DNA from: Pedosphaera sp.
GTDB taxonomy: Bacteria > Verrucomicrobiota > Verrucomicrobiia > Limisphaerales > UBA9464
Length of the DNA stretch: 64,000 nt
Direction of reading: 5' to 3'
NCBI GenBank assembly: GCA_009695205.1
Contig: SIBK01000010.1
Coordinates: forward strand, 9,670-73,669
Positions 22,601 to 32,769 of the stretch are shown here, piece after piece. A program made the position numbers and the translations under genes. The notes under the pieces are model-generated. The model was given only the letters and a program-made list of their open reading frames with translations, did no database searches and had not been told where the DNA came from. How positions within the stretch are numbered: position 1 is the first letter of the stretch; each line of letters starts with the position of its first letter.

Positions 22601-23699
22601 GGCGGGTTATGTGCCAGGAACACCGCGAAAATATGAGATCGAATCGACCTGGGAATCCGACCTGCTCCCGAGATCCAGCATGGACGTTTCCATTCCCGTA
22701 GGCGACCTGCGCACCGGTCACACGTACCGCGTTCGGGCACGTTTTCAGGACAACACAGCGCGGTGGAGTTCGTGGTCCGAGTCCATTCAATTCATGGCAT
22801 CCGCGCCCGACGTTTCCGCGCTCCGTCATGATCTGCGGATTAGCGAGGTGATGTACCACCCGCCGGCCGCCACCGCCCAAGAACTTGCTGCCGGATTCAG
22901 CGCCGACGATTTTGAATACCTCGAACTTCGCAACATCGGGTCGAGTTCGATTGATTTGGCAGGCCTTCGATTCACCGCAGGCATCGAATTTTCATTTCCG
23001 GATCGCAAACGTCTGTCAGCCGGTTCGTGCATCGTGGTGGCAAAAAACAAGGCAGCCTTCGAGAAACGTTACGGAACCGGTTGGAACGTGGCCGGATTTT
23101 TCGGCTCGGAAAGTCTCAACAACCATGGGGAACTCCTCCGCCTTAGCTACGGACTGGACTCGCCCGTCATCGAGTTCACCTATTCGGACCGGGCTCCTTG
23201 GCCGACGGCAGCCGATGGGGAGGGTCCCAGCCTGGAATTGATCGACCCGAACTCTGGACCGGATCCCTCGGTCCCGGGCAACTGGCGGTCCAGCGATAAG
23301 TCCGCCGGCAGCCCCGGGCGATCACGCCGATTGAGTTATCTACAATGGACCTCGGAGCACCTTGGCACAGCGGATACCGACAAGGACGGCCGCTCAAATT
23401 GGATAGAATTCGCGGTCGGAAGCGATCCCACTCTTGTGGACCGAGAGGCTGTTCTCAAACTGGATCCAATAACGGCGGCCGATGGATCCGTCACCGTCCA
23501 CTTCCCGCGCAACCTCGCTGCGGACGGTGTCACAGCCGCCTTGGAATCTTCCAGGGACCTTGCGGCATGGTCAAGCGATGCGATTCGAGTGGACGTTTTG
23601 AGCGACGGCGGGGATCAGGTGACCGAAGTCTGGGTCATTCCGGCGGGGCAATCCACAGCAGGCGGCCAGCGGTTCATACGCCTGAAATGGTCCCCGTAG
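19602..23699 (+). CDS. large secreted CotH-kinase-family protein with two lamin-tail (LTD) domains
   Basis: ATG 19602 followed by a signal peptide. LTD-like VVISEIFYDPPD..EFIELQN near the N-terminus and LRISEVMYHPP..EYLELRNIG near the C-terminus. Central CotH-like region (VRMRGTLVYDGVVYDHIQFNNRGEASTYVSGKNKWRFHF). Confidence 0.8.
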   Translation: MTLRAVNIARLLCGLAVPLFLLDAAARAVVISEIFYDPPDPTRAEEFIELQNTDSKSIDISEWALDGGVQFLFPAGSTVDAGGFAVVARDPIAFAKRFGFRPFGPWIGHLRKNGEEIQIRNETGTVVNTMQFGAGFPWPTAARGAGASIELINPILDNTAPGAWRSSQPGAVAQPKVFVPESSSDWHYRKGTTEASNPLSSWRTASFVEDASWLAGKTSIGYGDDDDNTPLADMQSNYSSLFLRHRIEISPGAIPDLLLLRVRVDDGCVVWLNGVEVARLHVPAGNLPFNAFGQDHEAAATFEEILLTNGKTLLHTGANLLAIHAFNVTLSSSDLTIDAELRTPGITTAFSNPTPGATNSAFTANPPPLISEVHHAPQQPSAGSTVVVTAHVADRAEVAEVMLRVQAVDPGAYVRLKDELYQTRWEDIPMHDDGLNGDPVSRDGVYTAVLPASFQVHRRLIRYRVVARNAAGTSLTVPYADDGCPNFAWFTYNGPPEWRGANRPGAAGTNGAVISFPTTVLNSLPIYQLIANASDVTRSQYDSSANNVRMRGTLVYDGVVYDHIQFNNRGEASTYVSGKNKWRFHFNRARAFAARDAWDRPYREGWDTLNLNGCSSPWAAVNRGMAGLDEAISFRVYQLLGNPASHTHHVHFRIVENTAESSSTSQYVGDLWGLYLAVEQPDGAFLDEHGLPDGNIYKLEGGPDKKHQSATQATNSTDWNTFAARSGSTQPEAWWRTNFDLTAYYNFHLGNRIVGNIDLREDFNHYFYHRPDGHWVPIPWDLDMQFIPKSHLSGTIVQRACLSTPSLRTEFRNRAREILDLLLTDVSPKGGQIGQLIDETAGFVRNPAGGRGWPELDQYLWNWNPRTAGDGSSTGQTSHKGNFFRTPFNDLRIGGSWVRTLASSDFAGFLGYLLEYCTDRFPGVTWSVNNGQQKGYGFNYVQLESRDADVPTRPVISSVGSPHFALGDLRFRCSDFTDPQGPGTFAAIQWRIAEIAAPGLAGYVPGTPRKYEIESTWESDLLPRSSMDVSIPVGDLRTGHTYRVRARFQDNTARWSSWSESIQFMASAPDVSALRHDLRISEVMYHPPAATAQELAAGFSADDFEYLELRNIGSSSIDLAGLRFTAGIEFSFPDRKRLSAGSCIVVAKNKAAFEKRYGTGWNVAGFFGSESLNNHGELLRLSYGLDSPVIEFTYSDRAPWPTAADGEGPSLELIDPNSGPDPSVPGNWRSSDKSAGSPGRSRRLSYLQWTSEHLGTADTDKDGRSNWIEFAVGSDPTLVDREAVLKLDPITAADGSVTVHFPRNLAADGVTAALESSRDLAAWSSDAIRVDVLSDGGDQVTEVWVIPAGQSTAGGQRFIRLKWSP

Positions 23700-23857
23700 C
23701 TCGCTCGGGGACGGTTCCGCATGTTTCCCCGGAAGGTTTATTACACAGAACTCGGCCCTTTTTTGCCTCGATCGATTTTTTAATTTCGAATGAAGAGAAA
23801 GTCCGATCCGCGCCTTTCGGAGTGGTTAGACGGCGGCGATCCCGGCACGCTAAATCC

Positions 23858-24217
23858 ATGACTGCTGCGTCCGTCGACACCAATGGAAATCCTCAAGCCC
23901 TTTCCAAACGGGAAATCCGCGAGTTGAAGTCACGATCTCAGCGGCTTGATGCGCACCTGAAGATTGGAAAAGCCGGCGTGACGGACGGCTTTATAAGAAC
24001 GCTCGACGAAATGCTAACCCTTCACGAGTTGATCAAGGTGAAATTCGTTGAATTCAAGGACCGCAAAGATGAACTGGCGCCGGAGCTGGCTCTGAAGACG
24101 CGTAGTCACCTCATTTTCCGGGTCGGGCATGTGGCCGTGTACTACCGAAAAAAAACCGCGGACCCGTCGGAGAACGCTGAATCAAGGCGGAAACCCGACC
24201 CGGTTCGTCCCCGATAA
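23858..24217 (+). CDS. yhbY: YhbY-family (CRM domain) RNA-binding protein
   Basis: ORF 23345..24217 trimmed to ATG 23858. LSKREIRELKSRSQRLDAHLKIGKAGVTDGFIRTLDEMLTLHELIKVKF aligns with the YhbY pattern. Confidence 0.8.
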   Translation: MTAASVDTNGNPQALSKREIRELKSRSQRLDAHLKIGKAGVTDGFIRTLDEMLTLHELIKVKFVEFKDRKDELAPELALKTRSHLIFRVGHVAVYYRKKTADPSENAESRRKPDPVRPR

Positions 24218-24256
24218 CCGCAGTGATCTACTTGTACACTGTCATCAGACGGGCTC

Positions 24257-25318
24257 TTATTTCAACTCTTTGGCGGGCGCTTCGAGGACCCATGCGCGCT
24301 TTGGGGCTGCGGGAGTGAATTCAACGCCAAGTTCCTTGCGCACTTTCAAGGTCCACTCGGGCAGACGACGGTCCAGTTCCTGTTCCACGAGGATTTCCTG
24401 GATATCCTTGGAAACCTCGGCCAGCGGTATGGGGCCGGCTGGCTTCAGTTCAATGGATTTTATGATGTGGTATCCAAATTGAGTTGTGACCAGATCACTG
24501 ATCTGGCCAGGCTTCAACGCCAAGGATGCCGCCTCAAACTCCACGACGGCCTGGCCGCGCGACAAAGAAAGTTCGCCTCCACGCGCCCGGGTGACCGGAT
24601 CCTCCGAATACTGTTTCACCACGGTGGTAAAGTTTTCGCCATTCCTCGCCCGTTCGAGAAGGGAAGCGGCATGCCGACGACGTTCCTGCTGTTGCGCTTC
24701 GGTTAGATCGTGACCCGTGACCAGGTCCCGACTGGAGATTAGAAGATGCGCTACGCGGTAGGAATCCGGTCGCTGGTAGGAGACGGCATGGTCGTGATAG
24801 TATTTTCGGATTACGGCATCGGATACTTTCACCTTCGATCGAATTTCGCGGTTGATGACCTCCACGATAACCGCTTCCTGGCGTTTCATTTTTTGAAAAT
24901 AGGCTTCACTGATGCCTTGCCGGGCTATTTCGCGCTTAAACGCCGCCTCGGTTCCCATTTTAGTCCGCATTTCCTCGATAAACTTATCAAAAGCTTGGTC
25001 CGCTTTCCGTCGATCTTCATCGGTTCCTCGGGATAACACGGATTTTTGGAAAATTATCCGCTCCAGCAGCAAGGCGTGTCGAAACTCTTTCTCATCGGAA
25101 GATATCGGCCGTCCCTCGTTGATCTGTTCCGTCTCCGCTCGGTTGTAATGATCTTCGATCTCTCCGCGGCTGATCTCAAAACCTCGGCCGCGAGCAAGAA
25201 CTTCCGAAGGATCGGGGGCGGCGGCCGCCGGCGCTGGTTGGGTCTGCCCCCACTCACCGGAGAGCAGGGTCAGGATTGCCACGTAAACTAGAACCCAAAA
25301 AGGGAATGTCACCTTCAT
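24257..25318 (-). CDS. peptidyl-prolyl cis-trans isomerase (SurA/PrsA-like parvulin)
   Basis: Trimmed to ATG 25318, giving a signal/TM helix (MKVTFPFWVLVYVAILTLLSG). Parvulin domain HLLISSRD...GGELS...TQFGYHIIK. Confidence 0.8.
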   Translation of the reverse strand: MKVTFPFWVLVYVAILTLLSGEWGQTQPAPAAAAPDPSEVLARGRGFEISRGEIEDHYNRAETEQINEGRPISSDEKEFRHALLLERIIFQKSVLSRGTDEDRRKADQAFDKFIEEMRTKMGTEAAFKREIARQGISEAYFQKMKRQEAVIVEVINREIRSKVKVSDAVIRKYYHDHAVSYQRPDSYRVAHLLISSRDLVTGHDLTEAQQQERRRHAASLLERARNGENFTTVVKQYSEDPVTRARGGELSLSRGQAVVEFEAASLALKPGQISDLVTTQFGYHIIKSIELKPAGPIPLAEVSKDIQEILVEQELDRRLPEWTLKVRKELGVEFTPAAPKRAWVLEAPAKELK

Positions 25319-25445
25319 CCCCGCAGCATAGCGACGGTACCGCAGCCGCGGAACCAGAATTTTTAAGCCGATCACAGGCCCTTCGACCCGTTCGGGTATT
25401 CACCGTTCGACATTTGACTGGAAAGGCGGCAACCTCGGCGGGCCG

Positions 25446-26618
25446 ATGCGAGAGCAGATTCGTGAATTCACAGAGGAAGCTGAAACATACCTCCTCGAGG
25501 TTATTTTCCAACAGCGACCCGGACGGAAGGCGGCCGCCCTCCGAGCTCTGCTGTTTGCTCTTTCCCAGGTTTTCGCCGTCGCTATCAAGATTCGGAGGTT
25601 TCTGTACAACGTTCGCATCCTCCGCGATACCACCTTGGGCGTCCAAGTGATCGCCGTCGGAAACCTTACCGTAGGTGGCACCGGCAAGACTCCTGTCGTC
25701 GAAAAATTTGCCCGAGCACTACAGGATCAGGGACGCAAGGTCGCAATTCTCTCTCGCGGCTACCGATCACGTCCCAAACCGTTTTCGGAGCGCCTCATGG
25801 ACAAGGTTCTCCTGCGCGAGGACTCCACGCCGCCCCGGGTTGTTTCCGATGGATCCTCTCTCCTTCTTAATTCCGAGATGGCAGGCGACGAACCGTACAT
25901 GCTGGCTTCCAATCTTCGCGACGTCGTGGTTCTCGTGGACAAGGATCGAGTTAAGTCCGGTCGCTTCGCGGTGGAGAGATTCGGGTGCGACACGCTGCTC
26001 TTGGATGATGGTTTTCAGTACTGGAAGCTCCGCGGACGACGGACGGATGTCGTGCTCATCGACTGCCAGCAACCCTTCGGCAATGAATTCATGCTGCCGC
26101 GCGGCACGCTCCGTGAACCCCCATCCCATCTGGCGCGCGCAAACGTCATCTTCCTGACCAAGAGCGACGGGCGGACGGCAGAACTGCGGAAACGCATAAG
26201 CCAGTTAAACAACCGGGCCCGTGTCATTGAATGCGTCCATCATCCGTTGTACTTCGAGGACGCCTTTACCGGGGATCGACTCGGGCTTGATCTCGTTAAG
26301 GGACGCCGAATCGCCAGCCTAAGTGGTATTGCGCAACCCGAGAGTTTTGAGCAAAAGCTGGTCGACCTGGGCGGGGAACTTGTGCTGGCCCGACGGTTTG
26401 CCGATCACCACCGGTTCAACCAGCAGGAAGTTCTCGATGCAATCAACCGCGGCAAGAAGCGGGGGGCCGCCATGTTGGTTACCACGCAAAAGGACGCCGT
26501 CCGCTTCCCGAAGCTGGACCGTCGAGATCTGCCAATCTATTTCATGCGAGTCGAAATCAAGATCACAGATGGCGCGGAGAATTTCCACGACTGCGTCCGG
26601 CAGATCTGCTTCCGATAA
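25446..26618 (+). CDS. lpxK: tetraacyldisaccharide 4'-kinase
   Basis: P-loop [19 protein letters not shown] and full-length LpxK-like sequence. Confidence 0.9.
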   Translation: MREQIREFTEEAETYLLEVIFQQRPGRKAAALRALLFALSQVFAVAIKIRRFLYNVRILRDTTLGVQVIAVGNLTVGGTGKTPVVEKFARALQDQGRKVAILSRGYRSRPKPFSERLMDKVLLREDSTPPRVVSDGSSLLLNSEMAGDEPYMLASNLRDVVVLVDKDRVKSGRFAVERFGCDTLLLDDGFQYWKLRGRRTDVVLIDCQQPFGNEFMLPRGTLREPPSHLARANVIFLTKSDGRTAELRKRISQLNNRARVIECVHHPLYFEDAFTGDRLGLDLVKGRRIASLSGIAQPESFEQKLVDLGGELVLARRFADHHRFNQQEVLDAINRGKKRGAAMLVTTQKDAVRFPKLDRRDLPIYFMRVEIKITDGAENFHDCVRQICFR

Positions 26619-27535
26619 TGGACCTCCTCGCTTACTGGCTGGCTCGCGGATTGGTGATTCTGGTCTCGATGATTCCGCTTCGCGGTGTGGCCCGGATAGG
26701 CCGGTTCGGTGGCACTGTCGCGTGGTGGATTGACCGACGACATCGTCACGTCGCTTTGGCGAACCTGCGAATTGCGTTCCCGGATGGAAAATCCGATCAG
26801 GATCTGGTCGACATTGCCCGCGAAAATTTCCGCCGACTCGGCGAGAACTCTTTGTGCGCGATCCGCTGTACCACGATGACTGCCGAGCAATTGGCCCGTC
26901 ATTTGACTTGGTCGAATCTGGATACCCTGCCCGAACAGGGGAGCAGCCTGGTGGCCGCCATCGGTCATTTCGGCAACTTTGAACTCTACGCACGTGTCAA
27001 CGATGTGGCTTCCGATTGGGCGAGTGCGACCACCTATCGGGCGCTCCGACAACCCGCTCTGAACGGACTGATGCTCGCGCTCCGGGAACGTTCGAAGGTT
27101 CAATTCTTCGAACGCCGCTCCGGTGCACGCGCCCTCCGTCAAGTGCTGGCCCGTGGCAAGGTCATTGTCGGCTTGCTGGCGGACCAAAACGCCGGCAAAA
27201 GGGGCATCCGCCTCCCGTTTTTCGGGCGGGAATGTTCCTGTAGTGCCGCCCCTGCCCTGCTGGCTCTCCGGTATCGACTGCCTCTCCAGGTGTGGATCTG
27301 CTTCCGCACAGGGCTCGCTGCCTGGAATATCCGAGGCGGAATCCCCATCGCCACGCAGCGGCCCGGCGGTTCCCCTCGAACACTCGAAGAAATCACGGCC
27401 GACATTCAGGGCGCCTACGAATCTGCCATCCGGGAGGATCCCGCAAATTGGTTCTGGTTCCATCGCCGTTGGAAACTCTCAAGCAATCCGCAGGCCAGTG
27501 AAACCCCAGAGCCCGGCAACTTCGCTTCAACGTAA
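26618..27535 (+). CDS. lipid A biosynthesis (Kdo2-lipid IVA) acyltransferase, LpxL/HtrB family
   Basis: Start overlaps the lpxK stop (TAATG). HX4(D/E) motif GHFGNFE and the C-terminal PANWFWFHRRWK box typical of the family. Confidence 0.8.
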   Translation: MDLLAYWLARGLVILVSMIPLRGVARIGRFGGTVAWWIDRRHRHVALANLRIAFPDGKSDQDLVDIARENFRRLGENSLCAIRCTTMTAEQLARHLTWSNLDTLPEQGSSLVAAIGHFGNFELYARVNDVASDWASATTYRALRQPALNGLMLALRERSKVQFFERRSGARALRQVLARGKVIVGLLADQNAGKRGIRLPFFGRECSCSAAPALLALRYRLPLQVWICFRTGLAAWNIRGGIPIATQRPGGSPRTLEEITADIQGAYESAIREDPANWFWFHRRWKLSSNPQASETPEPGNFAST

Positions 27536-27789
27536 GCACGGATCCTCTCCCTCAGCGACGAGGTGCCGGTCACCTCAGCCCGGGTCGCGGAATAAAAAAG
27601 CGACGCAGTCAGGACAGAGCCAATTCCATAGAGCAACCAGACGTTGTCGATAAAGTACGGGAAGATCATCAAGGCCATCCCCACGAGCATCGGGTGCCAT
27701 TCCTGGGCGCCTTTTCCGTAACGCCACGCCGCAAAGCCGAACGTACCGAAGATAAATCCGCCCATTAGGTTGGGTAGGCTGAAGTTCAT
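27415..27789 (-). CDS. small integral membrane protein
   Basis: 124-aa ORF with 2-3 hydrophobic helices. Its 3' end overlaps the convergent acyltransferase gene by 121 nt. Confidence 0.45.
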   Translation of the reverse strand: MNFSLPNLMGGFIFGTFGFAAWRYGKGAQEWHPMLVGMALMIFPYFIDNVWLLYGIGSVLTASLFYSATRAEVTGTSSLRERIRAYVEAKLPGSGVSLACGLLESFQRRWNQNQFAGSSRMADS

Positions 27790-28043
27790 GGGGTGATCTT
27801 AACGCCTAGCGTTGAAAAGGCGACGCTTGTCCGGCAGGGATGCCTGATGCGGGTGTATCCCGAAGTTGTTTGTACACGGGCACTCTTAAGGCGCGGAGCG
27901 CCCACAACATCGGGATGCGCCCGCCGAAGGCCACTTGGCAGAAAAACGAGAAATGCCACGCAATTTTTCCCAAAATTCCTTTGCATCCGAATCGACTTCC
28001 GCTCGACCCGCACCAATTGCGTCGGCAAGGTACCTCGGCTTTT

Positions 28044-29411
28044 ATGAAAGCCGTTCTCGACTATCTTCAAACTCATCAGGCCCGTTTCATCGAGGAACTT
28101 TGCGCCTACGCCCGCATTCCCAGTGTGAGCGCCCAACCGAAGCACGCTCCGGACATGTTACGGGCCGCAGACTGGATCGCCGACCATTGCCGTTCGCTCG
28201 GCCTAACCACCACGATTCATCCGACCGCCGGCAACCCGATCGTCGTGGCGCGGACAACCCCGGTGAATCGTCGCCATCCGACCTATCTGGTGTACGGCCA
28301 CTACGATGTTCAACCGCCTGAGCCGTTTGAATTGTGGAAATCCCCCCCGTTCGAGCCACGAATTGAAGGCCGAAGCATTTTCGCCCGGGGAATCAGCGAC
28401 AACAAAGGCCAACACCTCGCCCATCTTAATGTCGTGGAGGCGCACGTTCGAACGAAGACGCCCTTGCCGTGCAACCTTGTTTTCCTGATCGAAGGCGAAG
28501 AGGAAGTGGGCAGCGATCATCTGGGTCTATTCCTCCAGAAACACCGTCGAAATTTGGCCTGCGATGGCGTTGTGATTTCCGATAACGGTATCCCCAGCCT
28601 AAAACACCCGGCCTTAACCTATGCGCTACGTGGCATCGCCGCGATCGAAGTGCGGATTGACGGGCCGTCGCGCGATCTGCACTCGGGTCTCTTCGGTGGT
28701 TCGCTGGAGAATCCTGCCATGGCCCTCTGCCAGTTGCTCGGGAAGATGCGAGATTCGCGCGGAAGGATTACCGTGCCGGGCTTTTACGACGATGTGGCGC
28801 CACTTTCAATCTACGAACGGCGGCAGATGGCCAAACTACCCTTTCGGAGTGAAACCTATCGGAAATTTCTGGGTGTCCCGAAGTTGTTCGGAGAATCCGG
28901 ATTTACACCCGAAGAGCAAAAGACTTCCCGTCCCACGTTTGAAATCAATGGACTGACAAGCGGCTATCAAGGCGCGGGCAGCAAGACCATCGTGCCGTCG
29001 TGGGCTTCCGCCAAAATCACCATTCGACTGGTGCCAAACCAAAAGCCGCGACAGATCGTCATCGCTGTAACGAAATATTTGCGGAAGCACTGTCCTCCCA
29101 CGGTTCGGCTCACGGTAACACACGGCCATGGAGGCGAACCGTATCTTGTCTCGCCGACGACGCCCCGCGCTCAAGCGGCCCTGCGCGCTCTTCGTGCAGG
29201 TTTTGGATACGAAGCACTGCTCACGCGGGAGGGAGGATCCATTCCCATCGTGAATCAATTCAAGAAGGTGCTTGGCGTGGACACGTTGCTGCTCGGAATG
29301 GCGCTGCCTGATGACAATGCCCATTCGCCCAACGAAAAATTCAGTCTGGACGCCTTTACGGCTGGCATGCGGATGGGTGCCCACCTTTGGAAGGAACTGG
29401 CCGCAATTTGA
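28044..29411 (+). CDS. M20-family dipeptidase/deacylase
   Basis: Trimmed to ATG 28044 (MKAVLDYLQTHQARFIEEL). Has YGHYDVQPPEP, ARGISDNKGQ, and an EGEEEVGS metal-binding segment. Confidence 0.85.
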   Translation: MKAVLDYLQTHQARFIEELCAYARIPSVSAQPKHAPDMLRAADWIADHCRSLGLTTTIHPTAGNPIVVARTTPVNRRHPTYLVYGHYDVQPPEPFELWKSPPFEPRIEGRSIFARGISDNKGQHLAHLNVVEAHVRTKTPLPCNLVFLIEGEEEVGSDHLGLFLQKHRRNLACDGVVISDNGIPSLKHPALTYALRGIAAIEVRIDGPSRDLHSGLFGGSLENPAMALCQLLGKMRDSRGRITVPGFYDDVAPLSIYERRQMAKLPFRSETYRKFLGVPKLFGESGFTPEEQKTSRPTFEINGLTSGYQGAGSKTIVPSWASAKITIRLVPNQKPRQIVIAVTKYLRKHCPPTVRLTVTHGHGGEPYLVSPTTPRAQAALRALRAGFGYEALLTREGGSIPIVNQFKKVLGVDTLLLGMALPDDNAHSPNEKFSLDAFTAGMRMGAHLWKELAAI

Positions 29412-29488
29412 AGTCGTGACCCCGGTACATCCAACCCTTATTGTTCAAAGACTCGTCTCGCTTGGCAACCCGCCGCACCGCCACCCCC

Positions 29489-30709
29489 ATGCCTTGTATC
29501 GCTGTACTCGGAACGTTCGACACCAAGGGGCTTGAACATGCCTTTGTCGCCGACCTCATTCGTGCGCGCGGTCATTCGGTCCTTCTGATCGATGTCGGTA
29601 CACTCGATGCCCCTACTGTCCCGCACGATATCACGAGGGAGGCTGTTGCCCGGGCGGCAGGTTTTGACCTGACGAGCATCGCCTCGCGCCGGGACCGCGG
29701 AGAGGCGGTCGCTGCCATGGCGAAGGGCGCGGCCGCTATCCTCACCGAACTGCGGAGTGCTGGCCGGATTTCGGGAGTGATTTCACTGGGTGGCGGTGGT
29801 GGCACCGCGATCGGGACGGCTGGCATGCAGAGTTTGCCGATTGGATTTCCCAAAGTGATGGTGTCGACGCTCGCAAGCGGCAACGTTGCGCCGTACATCG
29901 GGGTGAAGGACATCGTCATGATTCCGAGCATCGTGGATGTGTCGGGCATCAACCGTATTTCTCGAACGATCTTCAGCCAGGCCGCGGGGGCAATTTGCGG
30001 CATGGTCGAACAACCCGTGCCATGCGGCGCCGATAAGCCGGTGATTGTCGCAAGCATGTTCGGCAATACCACAAAATGTGTTCAGCACGCCCAGAGCCTC
30101 TTGGAGAAGGAGGGCTACGAAGTCCTTGTGTTCCATGCCACCGGCGCCGGCGGTCGAACCATGGAGTCGCTGGTTGAAACTGGATTGGTCTCGGGGGTTC
30201 TCGACATCACCACGACGGAGTGGGCAGACGAATGGGTGGGCGGGATATTAGGTGCCGGACCCAACCGATGCGAAGCGGCTGCCCGCCACGGAATCCCCGC
30301 AATCGTGACCCCCGGTTGTCTTGACATGGTGAATTTTCAGGAACCCGCCAGCGTGCCCGACACGTTCCGAGGTCGGCGATTTTATCAGCATAATCCGAAG
30401 GTCACCTTGATGCGAACGACGCCGGAGGAATGCTCCGAACTAGGGCGAATTCTCGCCGAAAAGATTAATTTGTCGACGGGACCGGTCACCGTGCTGTTTC
30501 CCACCAGGGCCATCAGTGTTATCAGTGCTCCCGGCCAGCCTTTTCACGACCCTATAGCGGATCTGGCACTGTTGTCGTCCTGGAAGGCGCATTTGCGCCC
30601 CGACATTCCCTTTCGAGTACTGGACTGTGAAATCAATGATCCGTCGTTTGCTGAGGCGTGCGCCTGTGCGCTCCTCGATAACATTGCAGCCAAGAAAAAA
30701 AGCTTATGA
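29489..30709 (+). CDS. UPF0261 / Tm-1-like ATP-binding domain protein
   Basis: Trimmed to ATG 29489 (MPCIAVLGTFDTKG). The N-terminal motif and length match the UPF0261 family as I recall it. Confidence 0.75.
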   Translation: MPCIAVLGTFDTKGLEHAFVADLIRARGHSVLLIDVGTLDAPTVPHDITREAVARAAGFDLTSIASRRDRGEAVAAMAKGAAAILTELRSAGRISGVISLGGGGGTAIGTAGMQSLPIGFPKVMVSTLASGNVAPYIGVKDIVMIPSIVDVSGINRISRTIFSQAAGAICGMVEQPVPCGADKPVIVASMFGNTTKCVQHAQSLLEKEGYEVLVFHATGAGGRTMESLVETGLVSGVLDITTTEWADEWVGGILGAGPNRCEAAARHGIPAIVTPGCLDMVNFQEPASVPDTFRGRRFYQHNPKVTLMRTTPEECSELGRILAEKINLSTGPVTVLFPTRAISVISAPGQPFHDPIADLALLSSWKAHLRPDIPFRVLDCEINDPSFAEACACALLDNIAAKKKSL

Positions 30710-32484
30710 TAATTCGCCATCTTGCGTTGCACCTGCTGAACTGCATCACAATCACCGCGTTGGGCGCAGGACTGGGAGCAAACTCTCGTTCCAGAGAAAC
30801 ACCCCCGCCGTGGCCGGGGGATGAATGGCGCCGTGAGCATCGGATCATCGATCTACACCAGCACATTGATGGCACGGAAGAACGGATGACCCGCTGGCTT
30901 GGAATCATGGATCGCGTGGGTGTTGGAATCGGCGTGAATCTGAGCGGCGGAACCGTCACCTCGAAGCTGGGAGAGCCGTCCGCCTTTGTGCGCTTGAAGG
31001 AACTGAGTGAGCGGTTGGCCCCCGGCCGATTCGCCCTCTATTTCAATCTCGATTTTACCGGCTGGGATGATCCGGATTTCCCTGAGCGAGTGGTAAAGCA
31101 GGTCGACGAGGCGCATCGACTCGGGGCTTCCGGTCTCAAGGAATATAAGCGACTTGGACTCTATCTGCGTGACGGCAAAGGCGAACTCATCAAGATCGAT
31201 GATGCAAAGCTCAACGCGGTTTGGCGTCGTTGCGGTGAACTTGGGATGCCCGTAAGTATCCATGTGGCCGATCCGCGCGCCTTCTGGCTGCCGTACGCGC
31301 AACAGAACGAGCGTTGGAAAGAATTGAAAGACCATCGCAGTTGGTGGTTTGGGGATCCGAAACAATTTCCAGCACGCACCGAATTGCTTGCGGCGCTGGA
31401 TCGGGTGATCACCCGCAACCCAAAAACCACGTTCGTCTGCGTGCATTTTGCCAATAATGCCGAAGATATTGATTGGGTGGATCGTATGTTGGATTTGCAC
31501 CCGAACATGAACGCCGATCTCGCGGCTCGGCTGCCCGAGATCGGCCGCCAGGATCCGGCCAAGGTTCGTCAGCTTTTCATCAAACACCAGGACCGGATCT
31601 TTTTTGCAACCGATTTCCAGGTCTACCAGAAGTTGACTCTCGGATCCTCGAGCGATGCCGAGAAACCCACCGATGACGATGCAGCGATATTTTACCATAA
31701 GGAATGGCGTTGGCTTGAAACGAACGATCGGGACTGGCCTCACATGACACCGATTCAGGGAGACTGGAACATCAGTGCCATCGGTTTGCCGCCCGAGGTC
31801 CTTCGAAAAATCTATTTCGACAATGCCCGCCGATTGCTGGTCCGGACGCTGCCGTTCACAACGATTCAAGCGAAGCGCATTCACCGTGACTTCAAACCCA
31901 ACGGCCGCCTGACCGAGCGAGAGTGGCGTCAGGCGACACCGATTCATCTCGAGCAACAGTGTCTGGATGGCAAAGCAAGGCCGGAGCTCAGCACGACCTG
32001 CCGCGCTTTGTGGTCGGACCAGTTCTTATATCTTAGCTATGATTGTCCATTCACAGCTTTGACGGATTTCGGAAAGCCTCAAAAGACTGAGCGGATTAAG
32101 TCGCCGGCCGCGCTTTGGGATAAGGATGTCGTCGAGGCATTCATTGCGCCCAACACCAATCAACTCAATCACTACACGGAGTACGAGTGGGCGCCCAACA
32201 ATGAAGCGTTGGATCTGCGGCTGCGTCGCCCCGAGTCGGATTTCGCGTGGAGCAGCGGAATGGAGTGGAAGGTGAGCGTAGACAAGCGACACAAGATCTG
32301 GTGTGCGGAGATTCGGATCCCGCTGGCGTCGATCAGTGACACTCATCCACAGGCCGGTACGCGGTGGCGTCTCAATCTCTACCGCATTGACCGTGCGGGG
32401 AAGGCATTCCTGGCAATGAACCCCGTGCTTTCGGGCAGTTTTCACACACCGGAGCGATTCGGCTGGATGGAGTTCGTGCCGTAA
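30706..32484 (+). CDS. amidohydrolase-fold (metal-dependent TIM barrel) protein with C-terminal CBM9-like domain
   Basis: ATGA overlap with the previous gene. IIDLHQHI metal-binding start of an amidohydrolase barrel. C-terminal ~190 aa resemble a family-9 carbohydrate-binding or DOMON-like module. Family assignment has moderate confidence. Confidence 0.7.
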   Translation: MIIRHLALHLLNCITITALGAGLGANSRSRETPPPWPGDEWRREHRIIDLHQHIDGTEERMTRWLGIMDRVGVGIGVNLSGGTVTSKLGEPSAFVRLKELSERLAPGRFALYFNLDFTGWDDPDFPERVVKQVDEAHRLGASGLKEYKRLGLYLRDGKGELIKIDDAKLNAVWRRCGELGMPVSIHVADPRAFWLPYAQQNERWKELKDHRSWWFGDPKQFPARTELLAALDRVITRNPKTTFVCVHFANNAEDIDWVDRMLDLHPNMNADLAARLPEIGRQDPAKVRQLFIKHQDRIFFATDFQVYQKLTLGSSSDAEKPTDDDAAIFYHKEWRWLETNDRDWPHMTPIQGDWNISAIGLPPEVLRKIYFDNARRLLVRTLPFTTIQAKRIHRDFKPNGRLTEREWRQATPIHLEQQCLDGKARPELSTTCRALWSDQFLYLSYDCPFTALTDFGKPQKTERIKSPAALWDKDVVEAFIAPNTNQLNHYTEYEWAPNNEALDLRLRRPESDFAWSSGMEWKVSVDKRHKIWCAEIRIPLASISDTHPQAGTRWRLNLYRIDRAGKAFLAMNPVLSGSFHTPERFGWMEFVP

Positions 32485-32769
32485 AGACGGAGTCGCTTTG
32501 TGATTACCGCCCAGTCGTTCGGCACTCTCTGGCTCAACGATGCGAGCAGGACGAACGATGGTTATCCGGCGGAAGGCGGTTCTGAGAGCCCCCGCCATGG
32601 GTGGGCCAAGTGCCGACACAAAGTACTACGACTGACGTTGTCCGATGGCATCTCGAGGCTGCCGAGCATTGCTCCTCGCACTCACGTTCGGGAAAGATTT
32701 TGAAACTCTTCCTGGCGCTCGTGGGTCAACGCAGCTTAATTGGCCGGGTTAATTCTTGGCCGTCCTAAT

